Under the pieces are notes generated by a model, which did not search any database, was not told the origin of the DNA, and was given only the letters and a program-made list of their open reading frames with translations. 64,000 nt of DNA from the NCBI GenBank assembly GCA_035084275.1, contig CM068742.1, forward strand, positions 2,728,001-2,792,000, in the 5' to 3' direction. Position numbers and translations under genes: made by a program. Source of the DNA: Hydrolagus colliei. Its lineage: Eukaryota. Every line of letters begins with the position of its first letter. Position 1 is the stretch's first letter. Of the stretch, positions 1-13,759 are shown in pieces.

Positions 1-253
1 GAGAATAATACAGGACACAACTCCGCTATATCACAAACCACTCTGGGGTATAGCACAGCACTGGGGGTTACAAATGGCTTGAAATGAAGCTCCCTTTTAG
101 CCTGTGGATGCAGAGACACTGCCTTTTGATTTGAATTAAAGCTCTCACATAAAAGACTCTTGGCACATTCTTTTTACAGAAGTAGCCTACTTTTCTGAGT
201 CTAGAACTCTAGAGGGAAGAAGAAGAAAACCAGGGATACATACAGCACACCCT

Positions 254-275
254 GGGGGGGGGGGGGGGGGGGGGG
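254..275 (+). repeat. poly-G tract
   Basis: 22 consecutive G; similar G tracts at ~24625-24658 and ~29669-29686. Confidence 0.95.
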
Positions 276-410
276 TGGTGAAGAGAATCTTATTTTATAC
301 ATGCTAATGAAGCGAAAAGGAATTTAGTGCCCTATTTATATTGCTCTTTTTGTATCGATCCAACCTAAAATAACATTCAATCGGTGCTGGAAATGCAATA
401 TAAACTATGT

Positions 411-462
411 CACACACACACAGACACATACACGCGCACACACACACACACACACACACACA
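411..462 (+). repeat. (CA)n microsatellite, interrupted
   Basis: direct reading. Confidence 0.95.
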
Positions 463-1104
463 GATTCATGTTTTCTGGGAAGGTGATTTGTTAAAACGTG
501 AGTTAGCACCATTCCATTGCTGCATAAATGCAGAGTGTGTGAGCCAATTTGGTTTCATCTCAAATAATGTTTTCTGCTGACTTAGCCCCTCAAAAAAAAT
601 TGGGTAACCCAGTAGACCAGACTGTGCCTTAATTGTGATGAGTCAAGAGATGTTCTCCTGGTTAATCTGTTTATCTATTTACACTGTGTTCTTATTCACA
701 CTGAGCCACATCCAAACAACATGGCAATAAAATTGTACAGTACTGGTTCGCTCCCCTTTTTATGCTGTGCTTATGAGTCAACAAGGTGCTTGGCGTGAAA
801 GGTGCGATATAAATGCAAGTTTTGATTGATTTAATCATGTTATTAAAGAGCTAATAGCTAATAGTGCAAATTGGATGCAAGAGAATTTTCTGATGTTGTA
901 GTTTGAAATCAATTAATATTTTTCCCACTTGCCTGTATGGATACCCTGCAGAGTTTAACCCTTCAAAAAGGCTGAATTTTGGATCAATTTCCCCCTCACC
1001 TGTAGTCAACTATTCTACAACTTTCACATCCCTTAAACCACATACTTAATTCAGAGGGAAGGACAAGGAACCCTTTTTTTTTATAGTTTGAATGTGGACA
1101 ATGT

Positions 1105-1392
1105 AACAACAACAAAATTACATTTCTACAGCGCCTTTCACGTGGGGAGGACATGCCAAGGCAATGGATAGTTAGTGTTTCAGACTCAAGCTGGGGTTTG
1201 GGATTTGGGGGAGGTGTGGGTGACCAATGGCACGGTCGAACAGGAGGGTTTTGAGGCGGGATTTAAGGAGGCTAGAGAGTGGACGAGGTGGAGGGATTGG
1301 GGAATGGAATTCCAAAGGCTAAGGCCAGAGTAGCTGAAGGCTTGCATGTTGATGGTGGGGCGGGCGGGTGGGTTGGCGGATGTGGAACAGGC
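1105..1392 (-). mobile_element. L2 LINE 3' fragment (older family C)
   Basis: (AAC)n-AAATTACATTT...CAGCGCCTTTCACGT is the reverse complement of the L2 tail seen at 57100-57172; followed by degenerate C-terminal ORF2 sequence. Confidence 0.85.
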
Positions 1393-2668
1393 TTATAACC
1401 AGTTTTTAACCCGTCGCTATGAGGTCATAGTTTGGAAGCAACCTTTAATTTCCTCACCTCTCCTTCTCATTTCATAACAAAATGAGGAATTAACCTTCTT
1501 GCCATTAATGAAGCGCACATGGATCACTATATTGTATGCTACTGTGACTCTGTATGCACCTGTGGTATTTTCCACAAATGTTGAGATTTAATTTTGTTGA
1601 AAACTGGAATCGAATTTATAATAATCCACCATTAATATCCCAAAGTGATAAAAGATGCATTCCATTTCTTTGGCCATAATACAAACACAATTAACATTTA
1701 TACAACACCTTTCTATTCAAGAGGGTGCCTCATATCACTTCACGCTGCCGTCTGGGAACTCAGTTGGGGGTGGGAACGATTGTTTTACAATATTTATATC
1801 AAGAAAAAATTGGATGAACAAGACCCTTTAGCACATTTTTTCTCATCCATCCAAAAATTTCCCTCGACTCTCATAGCTCCCACAACAACTCCAGTTTAGC
1901 ATTCAAAATGCTCATGGTGCAGATCACAGCAAAGGCAGCAGCTTAGACTTTGTTTCTTAAAAACATCAAACGTGAAAAGTTGCAGGAATGAAGGAAAATA
2001 TACATAGAGCAGAAACAAAATGCTGCCTGCTAAAGTAAACAATGGTTTATTTGATGTAAATGCAAATCATTCACTTTTGCGATAAATAAGTGCCCTTCAA
2101 TAATTTGAAATGAGAGGTAGAACATTATTTTGATTTAAACCAAGTCATTAGAACTATAGATCACAATTCAACCAATTTTAGGACAGATACCAGGAATCAT
2201 TTTTTTTTACATGAAACTTGATCAGCTGGCAAGGGTTTCCAGGAAGGGTGGTTAAGCCAAGAAATTTGATTAATTTATGAAGCAGCTTGATGCAGCAAAG
2301 TGAGGATGGTTAGCATTTCTATTTTTGGAAGGAATGGTGAACGGGTTATTTCCAACCAAACCTTCACAATAATCCAACTAAACTATCCCAATAATATCCA
2401 ATTTCAAATAAATCCAGTTTACATTTGTTAGATGTAAACAATGCAGAATGTTTTAAGAAAGCTGATTTTTTGGGGCAACAAGGAGAAAATGGAAGTTGAT
2501 GAAATTAGTAGGAATACTTGGAAGGGGATTAAGAAAGCAAAATTGTACGATTTAATAATGTATATCCTGAAGACTTCAGTGAAGAGGATGCAAAATTTTA
2601 AACATTTCATGCAGAGAAGGAGGATAACATCAAAACTAAGATCTGGGTTTACAACAACAACCATAATA

Positions 2669-2812
2669 AAACAACAACAAAATTACACTTGTATAGGCCT
2701 TTCATGTCAGGAGGACGTCCCAAGGTGCTGGACAGTCATTGCTTCAGACAACGCTGGGGTCGGGGACGGGGAGGGTGGAGGGAAATGGGGGTACTTGGGG
2801 TGACCGATGGGA
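2669..2812 (-). mobile_element. L2 3' tail fragment
   Basis: ACAACAACAAAATTACAC...AGGACGTCCCAAGG tail motif. Confidence 0.8.
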
Positions 2813-2973
2813 CCACATTTATAAATCTATAGAAATGACATTTGTATCGCACCTTTCACATCGGGAGGACGTTCGAAAGTGTCTGAAACAAAAGACTGAG
2901 CAGAAGGAAATAACGAATGTTTGAAATTGTTTCAAAACCAGGAAAAGGGGAATAATGGAAAATATGAGGGGTA

Positions 2974-3270
2974 AACAACAACAACTTTGCTTTATATAGC
3001 GCCCTCCACGCCGGGCAGCGTCTCAGAGCGCTTCACAATAGCGGATCCCGGGACAGAGCCAGGGGCAGGGGCAGAAAGGTGACCAAAGGGACGGTTGAAG
3101 AGAAAGGTCCTTAACTGTGACCTGAAACTGGGAAGAGAGGGGGGCGAGGCGAAGGGAGTGAGGAAGGGAGTCCAGAGCCTTGGGGCGTGGTGGCTGAAGG
3201 CACGGCCACCGAGAGTGGAGCGGAGGATTCGGAGGGATATGGAGGAAGCCAGACTCGGTGGAGCGAAGTA
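2974..3270 (-). mobile_element. L2 LINE 3' fragment (family B)
   Basis: minus ORF 2992-3360 contains STLGGRAFSHHAPRLW...FRSQLRTFLF (L2 ORF2 C-terminus); tail GCGCTCTGAGACG...GGAGGGCGCTATATAAA(TTG)n. Confidence 0.9.
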
Positions 3271-4200
3271 AGAGATACTAGAACAATTATCCAGAGTCAA
3301 AAGAACAGGTGGAATGAAAGTTGGCATCAAACATATTGAAGAACTCAGCCATACTCCCAATGTAATTTTGTTGTATTCCCAACAAGGTCAATTAAGCAAT
3401 GATGGATCCTGATAAATTACAGAAATAGTGGTCAAAAATGAAGTAGCTGTTAAGAAACGTTTGTTATTGAAGGTTCATAAGTAACTTGGCCCAGAATTCT
3501 ACAAACAAACACCACTGTGTAAATGTAACAGAAAGGGAATGTAACCAGGAAGGAAGATAGCTCGTGTGATTTCATCTTCCATAAACAGGTCAGAGTCCCA
3601 ATAGCATAGCCATATTAGCTCTTGACATCTACAAATGGGAAAATACTAGTTTGCTATAAAGGAAACAATATACACTACCAGTATATAACAAACTAAAAAC
3701 AATAAATCACAACCTAAATGGGTCAAAAATAGGGAATTAATGTTTATCAAAAAAATTATTGAGGATAAAACTGGTGGTGTTGCCTTTGATAAGCTTTTTC
3801 TTGGAAAAACTATGACTAAAGTGAAAGTATAGGAGACCAAAGCAAAATGTATATACCTGTAGTAAATTATTAAATGTTTAGGGAGTGATGGTAATCATTT
3901 GTAAATCTATTTTCTAGCTATTAGCAAATTGAGGTTGACTGCCAACAGATAGCAGTAATTGAGAGTTCTATACAATATTCTTGGATCCCTGCTGAATGTG
4001 ACACAAATAAAAAGCAGAATATGTACATTTTGGAAAATATACGAGGTTTAACAAAGTAAGAAAAAGTGACATTCTTATCTGGAGGAAGTTTTGCCCAAAC
4101 ATATCTGACTCTGGTTGAAGGTAAATGGTTTAATCAGGGTTCGGTAAAAACACCCATAATAAAATTAATTGCCTGACTTTCCACTGAGTCTTTACACAAT
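3270..4200 (+). mobile_element. highly degraded CR1-like LINE relic
   Basis: remnants resembling the KVDKSPGPD (~3470-3495) and QGSV (~4135) coding motifs in the expected order; no open frame. Confidence 0.45.
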
Positions 4201-6289
4201 ATTATTCCTTGAATTTGATGTGGCATGTTTTGCATCAATAGGACATCTGAAATAGCTTCACAGGCTTTACTGTAAAGTAGAATAACTGAGTATTTTAGTT
4301 GGCAAATGGACCAACTGTACCAATTTGCTCACAGTATTGTCCCACAAACAGCCATGAAGTGAGTGACCAATTTTAATGGGGGGTTTGTTGGCCAGATCAA
4401 CAGAAGAACCCCACTTCTCTTAACCTGTAAGATGGATCTGTCGAAAAATCGAGGGTAGAAAATAGTGGAGATGGTTCATTTTAAGAACTGCGAAAAAATA
4501 CGACTGAGTTGAAAGATTTTCCACAATGCTGCACTATGTTACATTTGTAAGGCTGACCAATAAAACTTGATGGAGTTTTCCGACTTTTTACTTTAATTTG
4601 GATTGCTCAAAATATTGGAGGGCAAACATTTCATTTAGAAGCAGGACTGTTTTTTGCTCAAGTGACGATTCAAATTGTATCCCAGATTTGAGTATATGCA
4701 AACACACAAACATAATTGGACACAATACAATTATTCCTTTTATTCTGCCTCCTTGATTGCACTGCTACTATCATAGTGTTGTGATGCATCTGAGCGTTTG
4801 ACCTCATTATTCAGCCTGGCATCACTTGAATCAAAATGATCAGATTGATTTGGGTTTAGAGACCTAATTTCCAATCCAATCCTAATTTTTCAATTTTTAA
4901 TTCTTAAATATTACATGAAGTATTTGAATGAGTGTTTAATTAAAAGTGAATTTTAGAAAGCTTTTTTGCCAAGATTAACATAAGCCATATCTGAAGTAAT
5001 CAATAGTTCAAAATTAGTTGTTTAACTTGCTCCATTTCCTGATTCCTCAGCGCCACCTTTGATGTGATGGTGTGTCACAGATATCGTTAACATGGTCAAG
5101 TACCTCCCAAAGTATACGTGGAGAGAGAAAAAAGTGAAGATAGCAGAAAATAATCAAAGAGCAGACAGGTAGCAAGTAACCAAAAAACAATCAAGCGGGA
5201 ATCATACTGGAGTCTTAATTAACTATTCATAGCAGACTCCAAGAGGCATAGTCTTCAGCATTTCACACAAACAAGTAATAAATGAATGATTTGTTTAATG
5301 TTAATATAAATGATAGTTATACACATTATGTGATAATTATAAGAAGAACAAAACATGATCACAAAAAGAATCCACAAAAGTGTAGATTTGACAGAATTAT
5401 AACCACAGAAAAAACTCTCCAGTCAGAGTTCGACTTGTATATTTTTCCTTGGTTGCATCATTCATAAACACAATGGGCATTTGATAAATATAATTTTAAT
5501 ATAATTTTTTTAAAAATAATGTGTTTAAAATCATTTCATAGATTCTGGAACTTATTGCTGAGATGCCTGGAAATCTCAGTTTGGTTAGGACAGTCTTAAT
5601 GATGGTGATGGGTTTCCGCTTGTTTCAGACACCCGGCATTCCATCCATTGTCTTTTTCCTGCTATTTTCTGATGAATTTTCCTTCAAATTTACTTATGTC
5701 ATGGATCTCACATTTAACTGCTTTGAGAAGTGAACTGGGATTATTACTGCCATTTAATGAATAGATGAAATAATTTACCAGTAGCAATTGGTTACGTTTT
5801 GTGCCAATTTTACCTTGTGGCATTGGCACTGCGGCACAAGCCTCGTTTTCAATTGCAGCGTTCGTGGGGAACTGAACATGTGCCTGCGGCCTGCAGAGAT
5901 ACACAGTCCTCATCTCGGGAGAAAGTTTGCTCCATGGCTTCCGAACGAACAGTACCAAAATGCAGCAAAAATAACTTTTGACAGCTGTTGCCTTGTGGGA
6001 CTGGTCAGCATTTATTCCTTGGCTCCACATGAAGCATCTCTACATCTCTGGCCTGTGGAGTCTCCCAACAGAGATCATGGACGTTTCAGTGGCCAGAAAA
6101 TGAAGTGAGCTTGTGGGTTCCAAATGACTTTGTGGCATGCAATTGTGTGTGTTGTGGCAGGTGCTGCGTAATCTGCCTTGCAGTGTTAATAGATACATTC
6201 CACTTCACTGTCTTCCTTGAGGATTGCAATGCTGATTCTATTTGAAGCATCTTTACAATATGAACACATCCGTGAATCCGAAAACATCA

Positions 6290-6560
6290 TCCTGGCTCAG
6301 TTGGTAGCACTCTTGCCAACGAGTCAGAAGGCTGTGGTTCAAACCCCAATTGGGACTTTGACTTCACAATCCAGTTCTCGCTCCAATGCAAAAGCATTGT
6401 ATTGTGTTGTGCAGAGTTGCTGACAAATATTCCATGGCCATAGTCAAAAAACAGAAGGGAGTTTCTACCAGTGTCTAGGTCAACAATCCACCAGATAAGT
6501 AGGACGTATAATTAACTGTGAGATCAATGTTAAAGTACTTGCAACTGTATTACTGAACTG
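6290..6560 (+). mobile_element. old tRNA-headed DeuSINE relic (SacSINE1/AmnSINE-type)
   Basis: TGGCTCAGTTGG (box A)...GAGTCAGAAGG...GGTTCAAACC (box B); later CCATGGC...GGGAGTT...GTC core remnants. Confidence 0.65.
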
Positions 6561-7499
6561 TACAATCATATATACTAGCCACTAATAGAACAATGTGCAA
6601 TGACATTAAATGGATAAATCTTTTAGATATATATATAGTGCTCTGTGGGCTGCAGAAGAGAATAAGTGTTCTTGTTTTACAGAGGCAAAATGTGGAAAAG
6701 TGAGGTGAGGGGAAAGGAAAGTACTGCAGCAACATGAAAAGCTTGTTTTGCTGGGACCCCTGCTGTCTGAGAAGAGATCAAAGCTCTGGAGGAGGCTGTG
6801 GAGCAGCTGAACATACCACAACAGAATAGGGCCCGTGGCAGCTGCTCTGGGCACAATCCACGACTCAGGTGCACAGCAAACAGTTCTTTTAAATGAATCA
6901 TGGGAGCAGGTTATCTATCCCCTCCTTCATTATTTCATCTGTAGTCACTGAGGACATACCGACTCCATCCATCACAATGCACAAATTCTCTGTGCACAGA
7001 TTCAGTTCAGGCCTAATTAAAGACTTTCCTTTCATTTGCAGGGATAATTAGACTTTCATCTCACCAGGAAGCTTCAAAAAAAAAGATCAATTTCTTTTTA
7101 ACAAAAGCCACATCAAACAAAAGCAGACTTTGACTGTCTTTTTTTGTCAAGGCAGCAGTCAATAAGTAAGATAGCACAACCAACGCAAGGCATGTGTATC
7201 AGCGTTGCACACTTCCATCGAGTCACTTCATTGAACATAATGCCACTGTGGGCATCAGTCAGTTTGTCATAAATGATTTTTTTTAATTCTCAAAGGATCA
7301 ATCAATATTTTAATCTATGGAGCACGAAATTAATTTGGTATGTTTTTTTTTTAAAAATGCACTTGGCTTCAACCATCTACTTTAGTATCTACAAAACACA
7401 TTATTTAAGCAGTATCACAAAATAAAATTAAACGTATATTGGTTCCTAGTACTTTCTGAATTTCATGGAAGGGGTGGTGAAAACATGTTCCATGGTATT

Positions 7500-7719
7500 A
7501 CATGGTGCTTTCAGCCACGATGCTCCAAATCACTTGAACACCATGCCTCAATTCCTCAGTTTTGACCCCTCTGTAATAGCTTCTTATCACACCTGAAGAC
7601 TTTTCTCTTTGACCACATCTTTGGTCACCTCCCCTTTCTTTTCAACTCAGCATCAATTCACATGGCTGTTAAGTTCCAAGATGCTACTCACATGAAGGGC
7701 ACTGCGTAATTGCGAGTTA
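7500..7719 (+). mobile_element. degraded L2 3' fragment
   Basis: GCTTTCAGCCAC...CTGAAGACTTTTCTCTTTGACC and a decayed tail. Confidence 0.6.
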
Positions 7720-9015
7720 CATAAGATCATAAGAATTAGGAGTAGGACATTCAGCCCCTCGAGCCTGCCCCACCATTTGATAAGATCATGGCTGATCTTC
7801 TGAACTAACTCTAATTACCTGCCCTATCCCCTAATCCTTCCATTTTTAAAAAATCTATCAGTCTCAGCCTTGAAAATGTTCAAGGACTGAGCATCTACAG
7901 CCTTCTGGGGAAGTGAATTCCATAAATTCACTACCCTCTGAGTGAAGAAATGTTTCCTCAACTCTGTTCTAAAAGGCTGACCATTAATTTTAAGACTGTG
8001 ACCCCTGGTTATAGATTCTCCTATCAGGGGAAACAATCCCTCACTGTCTACTTTATCCAGCCCTTTAAGAATCTTATATGTTTCATTAAGATCTCCCCTA
8101 ATTCTTCTGTACTCTAGAGAATACAGCCCTAGTTTATTCAACCTATCCTCATAGGTCAGTCTCCTCATCCCAGGAACTAACCTATTGAATCTACACTGCA
8201 CCCCCTCTATGGTAAGTATGTCCTTTATTAAATAAGAAGACCAAAACTGACACATTACTCTAGGTGCGGTCTCACCAAGGCCCTATACAGTTGTAGCAAG
8301 ACTTCCCTACTCTTGTACTCTAATCCTTTTGCAATGAACGATAACATGCCATTTGCCTTCTTCGTTGCTTGTGTACCTGCCATCTAACTTTTGGAGACTG
8401 GTGTATAAGGACACCCGAAACCTTTTGTATACATCTAACCTCTCCCCATCCAGAAAATAATTTGCTTTTTTATTTTTGTTACCTAGGTGAATAATTTCAC
8501 ACTTCCCCACATTCAATTCCATCTGCCACCTTCCTGCCCACTCCCCTAGCCTATCTATATCCCGTTGCAATCTTTTTGCATCATCCTCAGAGCTCTCTCT
8601 GCTACCTAGTTTAGTGTCATCTGCGAATTTAGACACGTTACATTCAATGTCCTCATCTAGATCATTGATGTAAATAGTAAATAGCTGAGGCCCAAGCACT
8701 GATCCTTGTGGCACTCCACTAGTTACATCCTGCCAACTCAAGAATGACTCATTTATCCCTACTCTCTGTTTTCTACTCGTTAGGTACTCTTCTATGCAAG
8801 CTAATATGTTCCCATTAATCGCATGGGCCTTGACTTTGTGCAATAGCCTTTTGTGTGGCACTTTATCAAATGCCTTCTTAAAATCTAAATATACCACATC
8901 TATTGGTTTCCTATCCAACCTGCTAGAAACATCCTCAAAAAACTCTAAAAGATTAATTAACATAACTTCCCTTTTGTAAAGCCATGCTGACTCTGCCTAA
9001 TCTTGTTATGGTCTT
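7720..9015 (-). mobile_element. CR1 LINE family 1, 5'-truncated (~1.3 kb)
   Basis: minus ORFs 8307-8963 (YLDFKKAFDKVPH, GVPQGSVLGP, SKFADDTK) and 7824-8255 (RRIRGDL..FFTQRVVNLWNSLP); (TTCTTATG)-type tail. Confidence 0.95.
7824..8963 (-). pseudogene. CR1 ORF2 reverse transcriptase fragment, frameshifted
   Basis: RT motifs intact but split over several frames. Confidence 0.9.
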
Positions 9016-10314
9016 CCAATAATCAATACAGGAACATAGAACACTGTATTTGAAAATACAAATGTTACTTTATTGATTATTGCCTCATTGCAGATTGAGG
9101 TTACTGGGGTATACTTTATTTATTTTGTGAGAACCTTTAAATAAGACCCTTGTGGGGGTTGAAGCATTCCTTTTATCCAATTGTTCCAATTACACAAGCA
9201 GCATGACATGTAAGGGGAGAGAGCAATTGGTGCCAGAGCAACTTTTTCTCTCGTTAAACAATTGTCGTTGTCAACTGGATGCCAATTAAAAGAACTGCAT
9301 TGCATTTCCTCAGGTAGTTCAATTAATGCCCCTCATTGTCTCATTTATGTTGGAGTCCAGTGGAATCACACAGTGCGCAAGATTATTTGGAGGAAAGGGC
9401 AAATGGGATTAGCCCACTGCCTCTTGCTATTAGTTCAATTAAGTAAAGATCATCCCTGGCATTGACAAACAAAACCACATTCAAATTTTCCGCACCGGAG
9501 GAACTTTTCTTTCCTTGTTTGACAGAAAATGCAAACAATAATACATAATCTCTCCCTCGATCGATCGATTGAGAGTGCCACACTGTTCTTTGTTCTTCAG
9601 TTTAATTTAATGGGAATTCTCTCTTTTGCCTGTTTTTCTTTTAACTGTTCCTCGAAAGGTTTGATATTTTCTTAGGCGTCTTTATTATGATGAATATAAA
9701 TGCATAATTTATAAACACTGGGATGTCCTCCAGACGTGAAACATGCTTCAAAAATGTAATTTTGTTGTTGTTGCTAAGGTTTAGCTTTGTCTGTTTTCTT
9801 TATATTGTTCCCGCAGCTCGGCTATGTGCTCTATGACACGGGTTGCCACAGTCAGTAGATGTGGCCGCCAGCTGTCACTGCAGCATAAAACACAAAACTT
9901 AAATACATTTTAGATCATAACCACAATGAGGTACCCGAAAATAAATATGCTCGTGTCCCTGCAAGGTGCAAGATCTTTCCGTTGACGTATACTTCATTTC
10001 TCTATGTTAATCGGTTAATTGAGACCCTTCAAGAGAGAATGCCCATTAAATTAAACTGAAAAAACAAAGAACACCATTTCAATGCTGAAAGGACTGCAAC
10101 AGTGCGCCAAAATGAGTTGCCCGATCAAAGAGCAGCAAGGCCAAAATGAGTCTTTCCCAAAACATTCTTTCTAGACGAGTATAGATAAAGATAAAATGTC
10201 TGTTTGTGTGTCAATCTATGTTCCACTTCAGATCCTTTGGTTGCAAGCGAAGCTGCAAACCATCAAAACATTGCAAAGTGTTTCACAGGAAGTATAGTGT
10301 GTGTATTATTATTT

Positions 10315-10375
10315 AATATATATATATTTATATATATATATAAAGATATATATACATATATATATAGATAGATAT
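10315..10375. repeat. (TA)n-rich microsatellite
   Basis: direct reading. Confidence 0.9.
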
Positions 10376-10479
10376 AATTAACCAACAAATAACCATAAAG
10401 TGAAAGCACCATGAGAATTATTGGCCAGGATATAATGAGAAACTACTTGTCTTAATATCATAATGTAAGTCCCTTCCTC

Positions 10480-10645
10480 TCTGACCTCTTCACTCTCAAA
10501 TCCACCACCCAGCACTTCCGTTTGACTATCACTGGCCTCCCGCTTGTCCCTATCACCCATTGGTCCAACCTTGGAGGTTGCGCTTTCAGCCACCGCGTCT
10601 CAAAACTCTGGAACACTCGACCACAATCCGTCCAGCTTGCCCCCT
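10480..10645 (+). mobile_element. degraded L2 C-terminal fragment
   Basis: ORF 10522 has SNLGGCAFSHRVSKLWN. Confidence 0.7.
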
Positions 10646-10659
10646 CTCTCATGTTTTTG

Positions 10660-10925
10660 CAGGGTAGGGAGAAGTGGAAGGAGAGTGGGAGAGGTGGAAG
10701 AGTTGGTGGGGCAGCCGAGGGCGCGGTCAAAGAGGATGGTCTTGAGAATGGTCTTGAAGGAGGAAAGGGAGGAAGCGAGGGGAGGGGCTATGGGATGGAG
10801 TTCCACTGTGTGGGAGCAGAGAGGCTGAAAGTCCGGCCACCGATGGTTGGGCGGTTAGGGCGGTGAATGCGGAGCAGGCCTGAGTCTGTTGAACGGAGGG
10901 GACAAGTGGGCTGATAGTAGGTCAG
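10660..10925 (-). mobile_element. L2 C-terminal fragment, opposite orientation to its neighbour
   Basis: minus ORF RPTIGGRTFSLSAPTQWNSIP; SFKTILKTILFDRA. Confidence 0.8.
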
Positions 10926-13426
10926 AGAGATACAACAAACTGCATTATAAAGCACCTTTTTGTATCGGGGGACATCCCCCATTCAATATCTTTGGTTTGA
11001 GACGTTTAGAAGACATGAAAAGCGCTATATCAAATGCAAGGATTATTATTATTATTATCTGAAGATGCTGAATAACAGATCCTGAAATTTAAGCAGATTA
11101 TACTGCTTAAGATTTTAACATGAGAATAGAGTTTTTTTTGTTAGTACCCAGAATTTGGCTCATTTTGAATGAATTAAGAATCAATTGGCCATGTCCCTTT
11201 AAAAAAATTATGATTGTTTTTAGAATCTTGTGTGTACTGCACATTTGGTTGCAAATAGCTGCCAAAATCTTGGTAATTTACCATCCAATATGCAGTATAA
11301 TTGCAGCCTCAATTAGCATAAATCTTGCTGGGCTCCATTCCTGAGGATAGTTTCAGGAGCAGTATGAATTTCCTTCACGCAAGTATAGAGGCAGTGGGTT
11401 TGAATCATACTGACTTTCCTCTCCTGTCATCTATCAGAAACTCTCAGACTATACATTGGATCCCCACGAGGTTAAACAACAGATCATTTTAATGTTATTA
11501 AAGAATCTATGGAAGGCGTGTATTTTTAAAAGCGTTAAAAATCAAACATTCAATATTAATGTGTTGCAAGTTCACCAAAGCATGCCCAGAAACAAAATTA
11601 AACATGTTATTTTTTCTTCAATTTGCAGTCGTGTGTGCTGTGAAATGTCAGGGTTTCCTCCTCCAGATGGTTACATCAGGAATGAAGCAACGTTGTATCC
11701 CACAGTATAACTGGGCCATTAATAGTGGCTCATGTGCACAATGAAACGAAGGTAAAGAATTAGAGACTTGTGGCTGATTCCTTTTCAAAAACACTTTGAA
11801 AGCAGGAATAAGAGACTTGCTTCATGTTCCTCACCATAATCAAGGTCGAAGCAGACCATTACCTCTCCCTTTCCTTTTCTGCTAAATTTAGGAAATGTAT
11901 ACATCTGAGTCAGCATTTCTTGCCTATACAGTAGTTGCTTGAATTATATATATGGTCCTATTTGTGTAGTTACTCAAATGTTTCGAAATTTTAGACTTCG
12001 GACCATCCTTTTCTCATTTCACTCTTTTGTCTCTTCTAATGGCTTTTCCCCTTAAGCCTAAGAGCACATGATATTTTAGGGGCTGAGATCGTATAGAGTA
12101 CTTCTCCACATTGACCGAAAAAATTTCATGAGCTTAAATGCTTGAATCATGTTCTAAGCTTCTCTAAGTCTGGTCTTCTTTGAACTGATTTCAATTATTT
12201 CAATATAATGGTCATTAAACTTGGATACAAACCTCACGGTTCCTTCCTGCAAGCCAAAGTCTTAATGAATGGTTATGGCTGGATAAGCTGGAAGCCATAC
12301 CAGACAATACTCTGAATGGCCAGTTGTGTGATTTCAGATATTTAGGCTGCAGCAATATCCTTATAGACATTCTGGGGTCTCCAAGCCTTGTCGCTCAGCA
12401 CCAAACAATGAGGTAATCAGGTGACTCCCTCCGACACAGGGAAATGTCCACATGTAGTTGGCAGACATACGTCAAACTCTTCAGTCTGGTTTAGATTCTT
12501 GTGGGCTTGGTGACAGGCCTCTGCATATAACCCAATTGACCCAAAAAATTCCCAGGAAAGCTTCAGGACAGCACAAATGTTTTTGGTGGTCCTTCATGGA
12601 AGGAAAGCAGGAAGCTTTCCAATGCTAATGAACTGGAAGGTTTTAGTTGTTTCAGTACCGATGTTAACCCCCATTTAAAGTCTGGCGCTCTTAATGTCTT
12701 AACTGCTGTGAATCTGCACATGTGGCTTTCGAGGCAGGATGTGTCCTTCCCACTGGGGAAGTGATTACACAATCCAGAACTGGCAACAGAAACTGTCATT
12801 TTGTGAGATCTCAGCAGCTGCAACTGGAGAATCTCGTGCACAACAATACATTTCTGCGTTTCAGACTCACGGCTGAACAAACTTTAAAAAAATCCTAATT
12901 TGGTGAAGCATAGATTTATATTCCAACAACCTGACAATAAATCCTACAATTATTGGCTGCAATATTTAATCACATTTCCGTAACTTTTCAACGAACTGTA
13001 ATCTCTATAGAGTATCTGAAGAAGCACTTTCAACTCAGTGCTTTAACTTGAGCACGGAAGGCAGTGCGTTCAACTCGGACCCCAGATCTTATTGAAGCAA
13101 CGTCAAGGTCATTGTGATGCTAAATCCTGCAGAATATTCTGTATATATGGTGTGGGTGCTTTTAAATTATGTCATATTTATCGATTTTAAGCATCAATTT
13201 GTATTGCTACTGCATAAAATGCCAGCTTTCACTCACCAGTCCAATCACAAATTGATATTGCATGTCAGGAGCTCAAAACTTGGCCACAGGGATGATGGTG
13301 GGAGCTGGAGGGAAGGAGGGGCAGAGAGAAGAAACATGACCAAAAGCACGGTCAAAAAGTTAGGTCTTTGGAAGGACTTTGAATGAGGTGAGGTAGGGAA
13401 CGAGTCAAAGAGACTCTGGGATGAAG

Positions 13427-13759
13427 TAATAATAATAATAATAATAATCCTTGCATTTGATGTAGCGCTTTCCACATCTTATCAACGTCCCAAAGCGCTT
13501 CACAGAATATACTGTAAAGTGACTTGACTGTATATATTTGTGGGCGAATTGCGGCAACCAATTGCGCAAAGCAGTGTCCCACACACAGTCGTGGATTGTA
13601 ATGACCAATTTTATTATTGTGTTTTTTTGGAGGGATTATTATTAGGCGTGTGGAGTAAGGAAACTTGCCCAAGGTTTCGCCCTGACCTGCCTGGATTCGA
13701 ACACAGGTCTCCCCAGCTTGCAAGACAAGTGCTCTAACCACTGAGCCACAGGAGCTCCA
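13427..13759 (-). mobile_element. full-length young tRNA-derived Deu-domain SINE
   Basis: reverse complement has TGGCTCAGTGG box A, GTTCGAATCC box B, GCTTTGCGCAATTGGTTGCC Deu-like block, L2-like tail and (TTA)n; resembles elephant-shark SINE2 from memory (not searched). Confidence 0.9.

Noticed and set aside
11629-11751. Segment with a good acceptor and AAG|GTAAAG donor
   Set aside because: Stops in all three frames; no other support
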